A DNA stretch of 64,000 bases from Meyerozyma guilliermondii (GCA_051546255.1 CP128816.1:682001-746000); one strand, 5' to 3'; counted from the stretch's first letter, positions 1 through 11,542 are shown. Notes: generated by a model from the letters alone, not told the origin. Made by a program: numbers and translations.

Positions 1-293
1 AGCACCAATGCTTGACAATCTTTGGATTTTGTATCTATCAGCGATAATATTCCTATAGAGAAAGTGGCTGTCTTTCCGGTTCCAGATTGAGCCTGGGCAA
101 TCGTATCTCGACCACGAATTATTTGCATTATAGCTCGAGACTGAATTGCCGATGGGGCCTCGAAACCGTAGTTGTAAATACCCTTGAGAAGTTCTGGTTT
201 CAAGTTCATACTTTCAAACGTGGGATATATCTTGACCTTCTTGGTCAGCTTGGTAAACTCTAGTTCTTCGTCTAGTTCCCGATCAAAATCCAT
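1..293 (-). CDS. FAL1: DEAD-box RNA helicase Fal1 (eIF4A-III), 5' part only; runs off the window edge
   Basis: Not in the ORF track. Manual translation from ATG at 293 gives [13 protein letters not shown]...[34 protein letters not shown]...[13 protein letters not shown] (Q motif + Walker A), closely matching yeast Fal1. Divergent from DAS2, as in S. cerevisiae. Confidence 0.93.
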   Translation of the reverse strand, partial: MDFDRELDEELEFTKLTKKVKIYPTFESMNLKPELLKGIYNYGFEAPSAIQSRAIMQIIRGRDTIAQAQSGTGKTATFSIGILSLIDTKSKDCQALV

Positions 294-314
294 GGTGCTC
301 TTGTGATGATCTTC

Positions 315-333
315 GCGATGAGATTTGAAAATT
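315..333. promoter_or_regulatory. PAC (GCGATGAG) plus RRPE-like (TGAAAATT) ribosome-biogenesis elements
   Basis: GCGATGAGAT at 315-324 followed by TGAAAATT, just upstream of the FAL1 ATG. Confidence 0.7.
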
Positions 334-505
334 ATCTAGTGAGATAAACGAGCTGAGATACAGTCAAAAAGAATAAATTGGCTATCTTAAAAAGCCGAAG
401 AACTATAGTTTGTTCACACCAACAACCTGACTATTCCAGTCTTATCAAAAAACCCTCATCACAACTTTTTTCACACAACTTTACAAACCTTCATCACTCG
501 TCACC

Positions 506-1216
506 ATGTCTTCGGTTTTGATCCTTATAGGCGGCGGTCACGCTTCCGGCAAACGTACAATGGCACACATGCTCAGCGATACAGTCAAAAGCACTTGGAT
601 AGACGCGGGCATGGAAATAGCTATCTGGGACATGGAAAAGTACAACACTGAAAAGGACAACCAAGCTGCCGTTACTTCTTACTCTGCAATTGCCATAGAT
701 TCTACGGGAAACTTGGTCAAAAAGCCCTCTAGGTACGACATTGGACAGTTGAAGAAAGACTTGAAGGAAGACATGTCCGGAATTCCATCTGGCTCGCAAA
801 AGATATATTTTGTTCATGGTCTCTATGCTCTCTACGATAAAGAGCTCAGAGACATGTCTCAGATCAAGGTTTTCATGTCCAGCGACCCTGATACGAGGCT
901 CATACGATGGATTCGTAGAGATGTGGTGGAGGGAAAATCGTCTTTGGAGTCGGTGATTTACAGCTACTTGAAAGGTGCTCGACAAGAAATGCAAGATTTC
1001 ATTTTTCCAACCAAGGAAATGGCGGACGTAATTATGCCTCGTGGAGCAGAACACAACGCCGCCAGCCTCATAGTAGATGGTATAGTGTCTCATCTTACTC
1101 AGAAACCACTAGACAAGCTTTATGCTGGCGGGGCCTCGCTCAGACCCACTTCCAGCAACGTTTTTGGAGGAGAAGTGTTGGACAACCAGAAGGCTACGTT
1201 TTATGATTTAACTTAG
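506..1216 (+). CDS. DAS2: Uridine kinase-like protein Das2
   Basis: Degenerate P-loop GGGHASGKRT, GLYALYD, DPDTRLIRWIRRD and FIFPTKEMADVIMP; adjacent to FAL1. Confidence 0.85.
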   Translation: MSSVLILIGGGHASGKRTMAHMLSDTVKSTWIDAGMEIAIWDMEKYNTEKDNQAAVTSYSAIAIDSTGNLVKKPSRYDIGQLKKDLKEDMSGIPSGSQKIYFVHGLYALYDKELRDMSQIKVFMSSDPDTRLIRWIRRDVVEGKSSLESVIYSYLKGARQEMQDFIFPTKEMADVIMPRGAEHNAASLIVDGIVSHLTQKPLDKLYAGGASLRPTSSNVFGGEVLDNQKATFYDLT

Positions 1217-1238
1217 TATCTTAATGCATTCGTCGTAT

Positions 1239-4200
1239 TTAACTCGTCTCTCTCAAAAATTGGGCCACGGGATCAGTCTCGAGTGCATACTCTTGGAGAT
1301 TTCTAATCTTATCGTCCGAGATGCCGTCCTTCAATGTCTTGTCTGTTTGATACCACCGCTTGATCAAGTATGGCATTTCACTCTTCTTCAAGTAGTCTGT
1401 GAACCCGGAATAAACCTCAAAGCTGTTGTACTCCAATAACGACTGGAAAGAGTAGTAGAGCCGGTCGCACTTGACTCCACACTTGAGAAACATATCCACA
1501 AGTGCTCCTCGTGGAGGAGTTTGGGTTATGGAATCTTCCTCAATAGCACTTCGTATGGTTTTGCAAATGAGCTTCACTAAATCATCGAGCGGAAACACGG
1601 TGTCGTTGGAAGACAATTGCAACCCAATGGGTGTGAATAAATTAGTGATGGTAATGTAGAGAGGTTCAACTCTTGCTTCTTTCACCGTTAAGAATTCGTG
1701 GAGGATCCGCTCAAAGAAAAGCTCCCATCTTTTGAGTATGTCATCGCTGTTCTTGTAATCTGATACTTTAAAGATCAACAACGAAAGGTTGTAATAACCC
1801 AATGGATCGGTGTAATTGTTGAAAAGCTCGCTAATGTTGAGAATCTTGAAATTTAGGGCTTGGGTTGCCAAATCCTTGTTATCTTTGCTAATACGCAAGT
1901 CAGCCTTGATGGCAGCAAGAAGATCGAGCTGGATGTTTGCAACATCAAAAAGCTCTAAAACCACAGATGACAAATGGATCATTTTCTGCCTCACGTTGGG
2001 CGGACAAACACAATTGCAAAATCCAATTGCACGAGACAAGTATTCAACTCTTTGGCTCAACTCCAATTTGAACTCAGAAATCGCCAAAGAAAATAAAATG
2101 TTGGCTGCTGCATAGTAGTTTTCCCTTTTAGCATGATATAACCAGAGCAAATTTCTCAAACTGAGATTATTCTCCGACTTTTCCTCTAAGAATGGTAAAA
2201 TGAAGGGAGAATTAACGTCCAACAAACGGTCTCCCAAATTCTGGTTGATAAACCACTGATAGAATTCGTAGTGGAAAGATTTGTCCTGAGAAGCGAAACA
2301 TGTCTCGTAAGTTGCTTCACGAACCGATGTTATCTCATTGATTCTCAACTGATCTCCACCCTCTCTGCAACGAGCTGCATCATAGTCAATTCTAGTGAGC
2401 ACCTTGAAAATCAAGTCGTATAATCTTAATCTTTTTTGTTCGTTTTCAGCACGTTTAATGGAATTATCATTGGTGACAGCCATGGCGGAAGCCACCTCTA
2501 GTCTAGGATGATGGGAGGTATTGCCCAAATTATGTGCCAACTTCAAAAGTAGTTTGACTGTACCCGTGTAGAACTCAAGATCGAGCATGCTGTTCACCGA
2601 ATTTTCGATATTTTCGAACGTAAGCGAGTCATAAGCCCGTTCAAATAACAGCACTGCGTTATAAAGACACTTGTTCTTCAAGTCATTGTCTCTTGAGCCA
2701 ACATTTTTGGCTCTGGTCAAATTTTCAATTGCCTTGAAGATGAAGACATCATCAGTGGAACAAAAAGATCCACAAGAGCTCTGCAAAGATGATGCAATCA
2801 AGTCAATAGAACCGCCCTTGAGAATGTTCTTGTTGATGACACAAGATAACAAGTCTTTGATCAAATTTTTCACTTCTGTGTTGGGAAGCAACAAGTCCTT
2901 CAACAGCAAAGACAACAAGTTGAGCTGATTGGAGACAGAAAGATACTTCATAATGTCGCTGAATTTCGCCGCGTCGCCCTGAGTTTCATCGATCAAGACC
3001 AATAAGAAAGACAACGATTCTTTGATAGAATTCAAAGACTTCAAAATCGAAGTGAAAGCAATATGCTCTGCCCGAAGACAAACTTCATTTTCGAATTTGC
3101 TAGGATCAGAACTGTAGTTCGGAGCACTAAGACCATGTATGCTATTACCATTCTCTGCGAAGAAATTGATTATCACCACCACAGAACCAATGCAGAACTC
3201 TATCTCGCTGCGACTAAGCTTCAAATTCTTGACAAGAAGGTTATCATCCTTTATACTGGATGCATCAACCTGACCCGCGGGGTTGATCTTGATATGTGGA
3301 AGTGGCTCAAACACTTTTTCATTCCAGTGATTTCTGAAAAGACGCGAAACTAACAAACATGTTCCGTAGAAGCGGTCGCTCAATATGACTTGTTCAACAG
3401 TTGGGTGGTCTAGTTGAGGTTTTTCATTTGAAAGTCGTTGTTGAGGAATGCCCAGCGATGGCTGTAGTTGCGGCAATGATGCTTGCTCCAACAATCTAGC
3501 ATTGTTACCACAAGTGGAGAAAAGTGCTTGTGCCTTCTTCTTGTAAGAGCTGTTGATACTCTGGAATCCTGCTGCCGCTCCATATGCACACGACAAGTAC
3601 AACAACGTCAGACATGTTTCCTCAAAGCCATTTTCTTCGATAAAATTCTCAATGGTGTCCTCACGCAAACTCTTTATTATTTGGTCAGAAGTCTTTTGGC
3701 GATAAATCGTAACTCCATAGTTGCTCAAGACAGCAAATTGCATTGGTTTCTTGGTATACTGACTAGCCGGGATGTTTGCATAGCCATTAGGTGTGTTTGT
3801 GGCATTCATTGAAGGAGTCAATTGAACAATATCATGAATGTAGGTTGGCAATGTGCTCTCATTCAGGTATGCATTATTTTCATCGCCTGCTGCATATTTG
3901 AGGTATTCTGCATCTTCAACAAGCTTGCCGTTTTTTTTCAAGAAACCGTAATTGGTTGTACAGACAAAAAGTTTGTCGGACCGTTTTGTCTTCTTCACCG
4001 CTAAGAAGATTCCAGGACTAAGGATCTTGCTGAACTTTGTGTTTTTCAATAACTCGGATTTTTGTTGGTTCTCGATAAGCTGAGCGGTATACTGCTTTGA
4101 CTTTGTGAACGCATCGAGCTCATTGTCGAGCTTTGGCGTTTCTTTAGATGGAGGGAATTTCAATGTAGCAACCGAGAGCTTAATTTTTGAGCCGGAATTG

Positions 4201-5507
4201 AAGCTCGAAATGTATGATGCAAAAGCTGAGCGGTTGCCCAAGCGAAGCAAGATTCTGCAACCGTAGTTAGTGACGGCAATCAACTGTACGTTTGCGGATT
4301 CTTGTGCGAGAATAGGTACAATGCTAACGATTCTGAATTTCGAAAACGCTTTAAAGTTTGCCGAGTCCACAAACATGTTTGAGATGGATTTGAACATTTC
4401 TTGAGGAGTTATATGGCTCAGTTGAGTGAATTGCTCTTGGGATGCTTGTAACTGGTATACTCTAATGACAGATCTGGTTGACAAAGAGTAAAGAATATTT
4501 TTGGACGAGTCTATGGCCAACTGGCAAATTGTTTCCGGGACGTTAGCAGCTTCGACGTTTTGAGAGGTTGAATCTGATCCGAATAATGGAAGCCTTGATA
4601 TTGGAAGAACGCTCGAAATTCCAGACTTTGTCATGCATACTTTATCACACTTGTTTTTCGTGAAGGAACCTTTGTTAGAGTAGTCTAATCTCCAGATATT
4701 CACGCCATCACCTTCACCAGTAAAGTAAATATCATGAGTGATGTCGTTTTCGATGATTTGGTTGACGATGAGTCCATGGGTCGAGACACTAAGACCTGGG
4801 TTAAATATGGTCATATTGTTGAATTTCTCATCGTAGTTTAGGATGTAGATATGAATGTCCATGGTGGTGGCTACCAAAAGCAAGTATTTGACATCGTCAA
4901 CGAAAATCCCCGGTTTGGGTCTGACGATTTTCACCGTCAATATGGTGTTGTTAATTGCATCTATGGTGAGAAATTGAGTCAGTTTGTTGAAGGACGATTG
5001 CGGGGCCCTATAGTTCCAGAGTATAAGTCTGTTGTCGACCGCTATCCACACTCTATCGACTTCGGGGAACATGCCCATTTTGGTGCTTGTCTGAGATGAG
5101 TTGTGCTCCTCGAAGAACTTGTCTGGGAGATTAAGATGTAACTCTTTCTCGAAACGAGAAAACTCGCCAAGACCATTCAAAGGGTCGAAATAGTAGTTAT
5201 CCAAGCCAGAACCCGCCTTGTTGATATATTCGTCAGCATATAAATCGGACGGAGTGTTGGAGTCGATCTCGGTAAGGTTGGTGATATATTTGTAACCGAG
5301 CTTCAAAGGAGGCATTTCCGAGAAGTTTGGAACGTGGATCTTATAATTGGCCTCTTTGGCAGGTCCTGCATTGACAGGATGAAGAAATCGTTGTGAAAGC
5401 ACGCTTCTTGACGTCTGAGCCGACGACGAAGATTCACCCTGTTGAAGCTGAAGCGAGCGCAAGTTGGCATCGTCAAGCTTTATTGTGGGAGAGATGAGCT
5501 TCGACAT
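1239..5507 (-). CDS. NUP170: Inner-ring nucleoporin Nup170/Nup157 (Nup155 family)
   Basis: 1422-aa ORF with MGMFPEVDRVWIAVDNRLILWNY and LLWLYHAKRENYYAAANILFSLA...RVEYLSRA motifs. Confidence 0.93.
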   Translation of the reverse strand: MSKLISPTIKLDDANLRSLQLQQGESSSSAQTSRSVLSQRFLHPVNAGPAKEANYKIHVPNFSEMPPLKLGYKYITNLTEIDSNTPSDLYADEYINKAGSGLDNYYFDPLNGLGEFSRFEKELHLNLPDKFFEEHNSSQTSTKMGMFPEVDRVWIAVDNRLILWNYRAPQSSFNKLTQFLTIDAINNTILTVKIVRPKPGIFVDDVKYLLLVATTMDIHIYILNYDEKFNNMTIFNPGLSVSTHGLIVNQIIENDITHDIYFTGEGDGVNIWRLDYSNKGSFTKNKCDKVCMTKSGISSVLPISRLPLFGSDSTSQNVEAANVPETICQLAIDSSKNILYSLSTRSVIRVYQLQASQEQFTQLSHITPQEMFKSISNMFVDSANFKAFSKFRIVSIVPILAQESANVQLIAVTNYGCRILLRLGNRSAFASYISSFNSGSKIKLSVATLKFPPSKETPKLDNELDAFTKSKQYTAQLIENQQKSELLKNTKFSKILSPGIFLAVKKTKRSDKLFVCTTNYGFLKKNGKLVEDAEYLKYAAGDENNAYLNESTLPTYIHDIVQLTPSMNATNTPNGYANIPASQYTKKPMQFAVLSNYGVTIYRQKTSDQIIKSLREDTIENFIEENGFEETCLTLLYLSCAYGAAAGFQSINSSYKKKAQALFSTCGNNARLLEQASLPQLQPSLGIPQQRLSNEKPQLDHPTVEQVILSDRFYGTCLLVSRLFRNHWNEKVFEPLPHIKINPAGQVDASSIKDDNLLVKNLKLSRSEIEFCIGSVVVIINFFAENGNSIHGLSAPNYSSDPSKFENEVCLRAEHIAFTSILKSLNSIKESLSFLLVLIDETQGDAAKFSDIMKYLSVSNQLNLLSLLLKDLLLPNTEVKNLIKDLLSCVINKNILKGGSIDLIASSLQSSCGSFCSTDDVFIFKAIENLTRAKNVGSRDNDLKNKCLYNAVLLFERAYDSLTFENIENSVNSMLDLEFYTGTVKLLLKLAHNLGNTSHHPRLEVASAMAVTNDNSIKRAENEQKRLRLYDLIFKVLTRIDYDAARCREGGDQLRINEITSVREATYETCFASQDKSFHYEFYQWFINQNLGDRLLDVNSPFILPFLEEKSENNLSLRNLLWLYHAKRENYYAAANILFSLAISEFKLELSQRVEYLSRAIGFCNCVCPPNVRQKMIHLSSVVLELFDVANIQLDLLAAIKADLRISKDNKDLATQALNFKILNISELFNNYTDPLGYYNLSLLIFKVSDYKNSDDILKRWELFFERILHEFLTVKEARVEPLYITITNLFTPIGLQLSSNDTVFPLDDLVKLICKTIRSAIEEDSITQTPPRGALVDMFLKCGVKCDRLYYSFQSLLEYNSFEVYSGFTDYLKKSEMPYLIKRWYQTDKTLKDGISDDKIRNLQEYALETDPVAQFLRETS

Positions 5508-6017
5508 GGGAGGCGCGGAAACTCAGAGCTGGAGAAGATGGTTGGGGCAGTGGATGAACGGAGTTGAAATGGCTTGTGTTTACAAAAAAATTTCATCGGT
5601 GCGGGTGTACTGGGTGAGGTGAGAGCTAGAGAAGGAAGAGGAAGGGAGAAAAAGGATGAGGAAAAAGGAGAGTGTAGGAGGAGTATGAGATATGTTGAGC
5701 TCATTGATAGGAATTGAGTTGATAAATGGAAAAAAAGACGAGAAATAGTGAATAAAAGTGTACTGGTGAGAGAGCCATTTCCCTCACTTGAATTACTCTA
5801 TTTCAAAATATCTTATTTCAATTTCTAGGCACATTTTCCGATACGTATTCGTCCCCATTATGGTTTTAGTACTATCTCATTCTACTCTAGCTCTTCCTCT
5901 CCAATTTTCATTACAATTGTTACTCTGGAACATTTTGTCTGTTCCTGTACACAATTCGCAGCCGTGCCGCATAATCGGCCGCACAAGACTGGCAGTCATT
6001 TATCCTCCACACTTGCT

Positions 6018-7235
6018 ATGAGAGTTACTGCACTTTTGCTCACAATTCTCGCTGTGGATGCCTTTCCCTTGCTCAGTTCTCTTACAGGGTCTCAGGATGA
6101 ACTTCGTGTGATCAAACTTGGCCCAGATACTTACCAGGCAGTTTCTGAGTCGGAGAAGGTGAAATTGAAGCGTTCCAAAATCAACTTTATTGACGTTACA
6201 AATCAAATTTCCGTCCAAGAGGCCATCGAAAATGGCATGGTGGAGGCAGTGGCTCCCAAACATTGGTGGAATAATGCTTTATATTTTGGTTCAAAACAGC
6301 TCGACTCGTTGAAAACGGAGATTCCTAATTACAAGTACCCCACCAGTGTTTCCCATTCCAAGACGATCAAGAAGGCACTCAAGAAAATCGATACCGAACG
6401 TATGTATGATCTTCTTTCCAAATTTTCATCCTTTTATACCAGATATTACAAGCTGGATACCGGCTACGAGAGTGCTCGGTGGCTCGAACGTCATATTGAC
6501 GAAATTGTCAAACCAGCTAAGAACGTTACGGTTTCCCAGGTCCACCATGACGGCTGGAATCAATACTCAATCATCGTTAGCATTCCTGGCATTACTGATT
6601 CCAAGGTTGTTGTAGGTGCTCACCAGGATTCAGCCAACTTGCTTTTACCCAATCTTTTAAAGGCTCCTGGTGCAGATGACGATGGGTCAGGAACAGTAAC
6701 TACGTTGGAAGCGTTGCGTATATTGATGGACTATTATGTGGATGGTACCTTTGTGCCTTATAACACTCTTGAGTTCCACTTTTACTCTGCTGAAGAAGGT
6801 GGACTTTTGGGCTCAATTGATGTGTTTAGCAGGTACCATGCTAACAAGGAGACGGTTATCGCTATGCTTCAGCAGGATATGACCGGTTACAGTGCGGGCA
6901 TGTCCGAACTGGGTGTGGAACAGCATCTTGGGTTGATTATGGACTACACCACTCCTAGTCTTAACGAGTTTCTAAAGATGATTATTGGCGAGTACTGTGC
7001 CATTCCGTACCACGAAACCGAATGTGGTTACGCCTGCTCGGACCATGCTTCTGCGCTTGAAAATGGGTACCCTGCTTCGTTCATCATCGAGTCAGAATTC
7101 AAGTACTCCAGTCACTACATTCATTCAGTGATGGACACCATTGACCGTATTGACTGGGACCACGTAACAGAACATGTCAAACTTACATTGGGTTATGCCT
7201 GGGAAATGGCATCTGCCAAGGTGAAAGTTGAGTAG
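6018..7235 (+). CDS. Secreted/vacuolar M28 leucyl aminopeptidase (YDR415C-like)
   Basis: Signal peptide MRVTALLLTILAVDA from ATG 6018; zinc motifs GAHQDS, GADDDGSG, AEEGGLLGS, QQDMTG, CGYACSDHAS. Confidence 0.9.
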   Translation: MRVTALLLTILAVDAFPLLSSLTGSQDELRVIKLGPDTYQAVSESEKVKLKRSKINFIDVTNQISVQEAIENGMVEAVAPKHWWNNALYFGSKQLDSLKTEIPNYKYPTSVSHSKTIKKALKKIDTERMYDLLSKFSSFYTRYYKLDTGYESARWLERHIDEIVKPAKNVTVSQVHHDGWNQYSIIVSIPGITDSKVVVGAHQDSANLLLPNLLKAPGADDDGSGTVTTLEALRILMDYYVDGTFVPYNTLEFHFYSAEEGGLLGSIDVFSRYHANKETVIAMLQQDMTGYSAGMSELGVEQHLGLIMDYTTPSLNEFLKMIIGEYCAIPYHETECGYACSDHASALENGYPASFIIESEFKYSSHYIHSVMDTIDRIDWDHVTEHVKLTLGYAWEMASAKVKVE

Positions 7236-7301
7236 AGAGAGAGATTGGGTAGTTAAAGGTGTTATATCAAGTAGGGTATCAATTATCATATCTACTAACT
7301 A

Positions 7302-7709
7302 TCACGATTCGGACTCTTCCTCTCTCTTGGCAAACCGAACTACATCGTAGCTAAGTTGTCTCAAGTTGGTCACCAGATGGCGGTTCTCACCATTCTCGTC
7401 CTCCAACACCCTTTGTCTAACATCGCACTCAACGTACAATTGCATTCCCGGTTTCAAATAATTGTTGAAAAATTCAATGTGGCGCTCGTTGAACACGGAA
7501 ATATTGAACCAATCGGTTGTACGGTTATCAGCTTCACTTGGACTATATCTGTTAACGGCCAACGAGTAGTTGATAAATTGCAAACCATCTTTAGTTTCAC
7601 GAGTATTGACGCTGCCTACTGTTCCGAGCAATTGCATCTTGGCAAACGCATTTCTGGTGGCTGACGACGAAAAAGAACGAGCAGATGTTAAGATTGATGA
7701 TTTGAACAT
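7302..7709 (-). CDS. RIM1: Mitochondrial single-stranded DNA-binding protein
   Basis: Presequence MFKSSILTSARSFSSSA from ATG 7709; SSB OB-fold motifs (LLGTVG, YSLAVN, TDWFNISVF, GMQLYVE). Confidence 0.9.
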   Translation of the reverse strand: MFKSSILTSARSFSSSATRNAFAKMQLLGTVGSVNTRETKDGLQFINYSLAVNRYSPSEADNRTTDWFNISVFNERHIEFFNNYLKPGMQLYVECDVRQRVLEDENGENRHLVTNLRQLSYDVVRFAKREEESES

Positions 7710-7916
7710 TGTGATGTATAAGTTGGTTGCCTTCGCGTGTTTAAACACGCGACCAGCCACACCCGTACACCGAGCCAGCCGTACCGCATTTAGGAATACT
7801 TTAAAGCGATAATGAAGGCAAGCCCTTTGACAGTCATGCAAGTGTACTCCTTGTATCGCGGGTTCGTAGCGTATAATTAACGGACATCATTCCAAGCTTC
7901 TCGTATCTACATTATG

Positions 7917-8750
7917 CTATATATCGCCCCATGAGCCTCCACAGAGAACCATCGAGGACGAGCTGGCAGTGTCGGAGTACTCCACTGTCGCAGGACCCAC
8001 CCGGGGCCGTGGCGGATGCTCAAGCATCGTCTCAATGAGCAGCTGGTACGAATGGTTTTGGAGATTAAACTCCAAGCCAAACTCCGGCGACCGTAAGAGC
8101 CGAGATATGAGTTGGTCGAGCAACTGTGGTAACCTGCCCTGTTGCTGCTCTCTCGTCAAATTAGGCGCCAATCGTCCTGCGGTTCGCTTCACTTTGCGAA
8201 ACTGTCTTCTCGACATGTTGCGCACAAGATCGTCGCCATAAAACGGCCTCGTATTTGGCGGCTCATCCGGAGTAATGGTGTGTGTAGACGTAGTTTCCGA
8301 CCGGAGTTCCGACTGTAAGTTCTCGTCCAAGTCCCATGACGCGGTATTATCGTCCACGAGCTCGGATTCGCAGTGATCGTTGCGCCACTGGTCGATGCGC
8401 TGATCTAGGCGACTCGACTGTGGCTGTTTCTGGTGAGTAAAAAGACGCTCAAGACGTGATTGTGACGGTAACGGAGCAAAATCGTCAATAAGCGAGTCTT
8501 CAGGATCTATCTCATTACCACTTTCACTCTCCTCGTCACTTTCCTCGACTGTTCCGTTGCTCAACAGTAAAATATCCGACCCCTCGGTGGGGTTAAACAA
8601 TACCCACAGTGACGCCTCGGAGTCAGAGAGTATAGAATTTTCTCGCTCGTAAGCAGAGTTGGCATCCAAAGATCCCTCAGAGTTCAAGGTGGCCACCTGA
8701 CGGCGAATAGAGCCCCGTTGTCCCGTTTGATAATTGGGGTTAAACGCCAT
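7917..8750 (-). CDS. Uncharacterised acidic, probably disordered 277-aa protein
   Basis: ATG-initiated ORF filling the gap; protein-like composition with short motifs (WVLFNP, RIDQWR, C-terminal CGGSWGDI). Confidence 0.7.
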   Translation of the reverse strand: MAFNPNYQTGQRGSIRRQVATLNSEGSLDANSAYERENSILSDSEASLWVLFNPTEGSDILLLSNGTVEESDEESESGNEIDPEDSLIDDFAPLPSQSRLERLFTHQKQPQSSRLDQRIDQWRNDHCESELVDDNTASWDLDENLQSELRSETTSTHTITPDEPPNTRPFYGDDLVRNMSRRQFRKVKRTAGRLAPNLTREQQQGRLPQLLDQLISRLLRSPEFGLEFNLQNHSYQLLIETMLEHPPRPRVGPATVEYSDTASSSSMVLCGGSWGDI

Positions 8751-8851
8751 ATCAAATTGTGGATGTATGGATTAAATTTGTAATATTATTGTTTCCAGTA
8801 GTGTGCTGTACAGGATGATATTAGTAGGTCCCAGAAAACACTGTCAAGTCG

Positions 8852-8981
8852 TTATCTTCCTATCTTATCCTAAAAGTGATTTAAAAGAAAGAAGAGCTGT
8901 TGCCTTTCAGTCATCCGAATCCGTATCCGCAGTTTACATAAGCCAGATTTGTTGATAAGATCACGTGATGGTGGGGATAAG
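8852..8981. promoter_or_regulatory. Cluster of GATA sites around a Cbf1-type E-box
   Basis: CTTATC 8864-8869, GATAAG 8954-8959 and 8976-8981, TCACGTGA 8961-8968, upstream of the 277-aa gene. Confidence 0.5.
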
Positions 8982-9759
8982 TCCGTAGCCGAGATCGTTG
9001 GGGTGCAACTACGACTAAAGAGAGTACACAATAGATCATGAGGGGAATTTTGTTGAGAACTTTTTGAGAAACCTTTTTTGGCTTGAGTGAATGTAATTGA
9101 AGAACTTATACGATTACTCCAAATTTGGTTTTATGTATCCGTGAAACTTTGGCTTAGGGTGATCGTCGAACTTGTCGATTTTGGCCTTTAGACAACCATA
9201 AATGATCACAACTTTGCCTGAATGACAGTTCAATCCTAGATTATCGACTGACAAGAAGATTGTGTGCGGTTAGAGTTGGGTCTACAACGTAGTGTATCGC
9301 TGAGAGATACCCTAAAAAATCAGAAAAATGTCGAGTCTAAAGAACGCTGATATCCTCAGGCAATATGGCAGGCACTTATAGCTAGCAGGTACCTTTGGTA
9401 AGGAATAGCTCAGCTTTTGTGACCCAATTGCCGTAATAAATGAATACCATTCTCAGATGTTCATTGCATTCAATATGTCACGTCATACGAGTGTCACAGG
9501 TCAATTGCTGGGTTAGTACTCAGATAGGGGTGAAAGACTAATTTCGAAATTTATATCCTCATCTTTTTCGGCTAAGAAGATATCCTCATCGTACTTACTT
9601 TTTCATGAAGAAAATTTTCGAGACTGGCGCCTAGTATTCATAGGTGCATTGGGTGCCATTAAAAGAAGTTATATGCCTGACAGAGGCTGCAACTTACAGA
9701 ACAAACAATTGTTATCTATGGAACTCTCAATTTACTGTGGTGCTCATATATTCGAATTA

Positions 9760-10095
9760 TTAGGAAGTCTCTGAATCATTTTGGCAGCCATGATTCGAAG
9801 AATTACCGCTATCAATAGGGCATGCAAAATTCGATTCGTCTAATTCATTGAGCCATTTGGTTGCATTATCATAAGCTTCTAGACTAATAGAATCGTGAAC
9901 GGTGCCGTTTTCGTAACAAGCCTTGATTTTTATATGATAATCGTCGTCACCAAAATCAACAAGTTGGTATGTATTTCCAGGTTGCGAGGCGGCCCAGTAA
10001 AGATATTGTTTTTCTGCGTCTTCAGTTATATTCAAACTCATAGTTTGAGCTATTGATACAAAGGCTTTTATAAAGTCGGACCTTTGCTCTAACAT
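9760..10095 (-). CDS. Orphan ORF (111 aa from ATG 10095) or pseudogene fragment
   Basis: Only sizeable ORF in a ~2-kb gap; no recognisable family. Confidence 0.3.
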   Translation of the reverse strand: MLEQRSDFIKAFVSIAQTMSLNITEDAEKQYLYWAASQPGNTYQLVDFGDDDYHIKIKACYENGTVHDSISLEAYDNATKWLNELDESNFACPIDSGNSSNHGCQNDSETS

Positions 10096-10833
10096 ATGCG
10101 TGACATCGACTGTTGTGATATGCAAGTGAAAGTATGTATCAGTAAAGTGCACGGTATACACCGGAACACCTCGTCAAGCTCATATGACAGAACCACACAC
10201 TTACGTGAGATCTCCTATATTGCCTCCTTCTGCTTATCAAGACTTCATCTCGTGAAAAAAGAGCAGTGGCTTATTATTGTACATTCAGCAATCTCTACTT
10301 TACGATTCTCAACATTTTCGCTAAATTCGCACAGTAAATGATGAAATTTGAATTGTTGAGAATCTGCAAAATTTGATATTTTTAAGTAGTTGCATCTTAC
10401 GAAACATCATTTGCCAAGTTGTTCTACAAAATCTGGGCTCCATAAAAGGCTGCAATCCTCCTATAGAGTAACTATATGGCTCCCATTTTGCAGTAATGAA
10501 TAATCAGAAGAGTTCTATAAAAAAATACAAGAAATATCTTGAAATACGTTGAACAGGAGACTAAACACAAGCACCGCTGCTTCAGGCTGTTACATACATC
10601 ACTGATAATTGAACTTGAGCAGATCAGTATAAATGGCTGCAAATTCACATGTTATTGCAATACACTTTTCGACATGTATTTTAGCTTACGAGTTTTGTCT
10701 AATTGATAGTAATCACCATAGTGTTTCAAAGTATGCATTTCAAGCCTTCAGTCTTCATTTGGTGACGGCCGTTCTGGTCGGTTATATGCACACTATAAGT
10801 ACAAATACGACGGTCGGTGCGACATCGGTAATC

Positions 10834-11375
<542 letters not shown>

Positions 11376-11542
11376 ACTGTAGGAAAACAAATACCAACAA
11401 TTCTACACAAACAACTATACACTGTAATTATACACACAATTATTCTTTAAATCGATTCTTACTCCAGCGGCGTATCGCCTATCTCGATCACGTGACGCCT
11501 CGTCGAGTTTTCACCGAAAGTTCACCGCCGTTCATTATCACC

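Noticed and set aside
9278..9380. GGGT...GCTGAGAGATACCC resembling the 5' half of a TPP riboswitch
   Set aside because: No recognisable P4/P5 half (CUGAUC...UAAU...GCG), no flanking intron and no thiamine gene downstream. An Infernal RF00059 scan would settle it.
8750..10830. Centromere or LTR in the large gap
   Set aside because: No TG...CA direct repeats, long inverted repeats or retroelement ORFs are visible; cannot be supported without a GC profile or CENP-A data.
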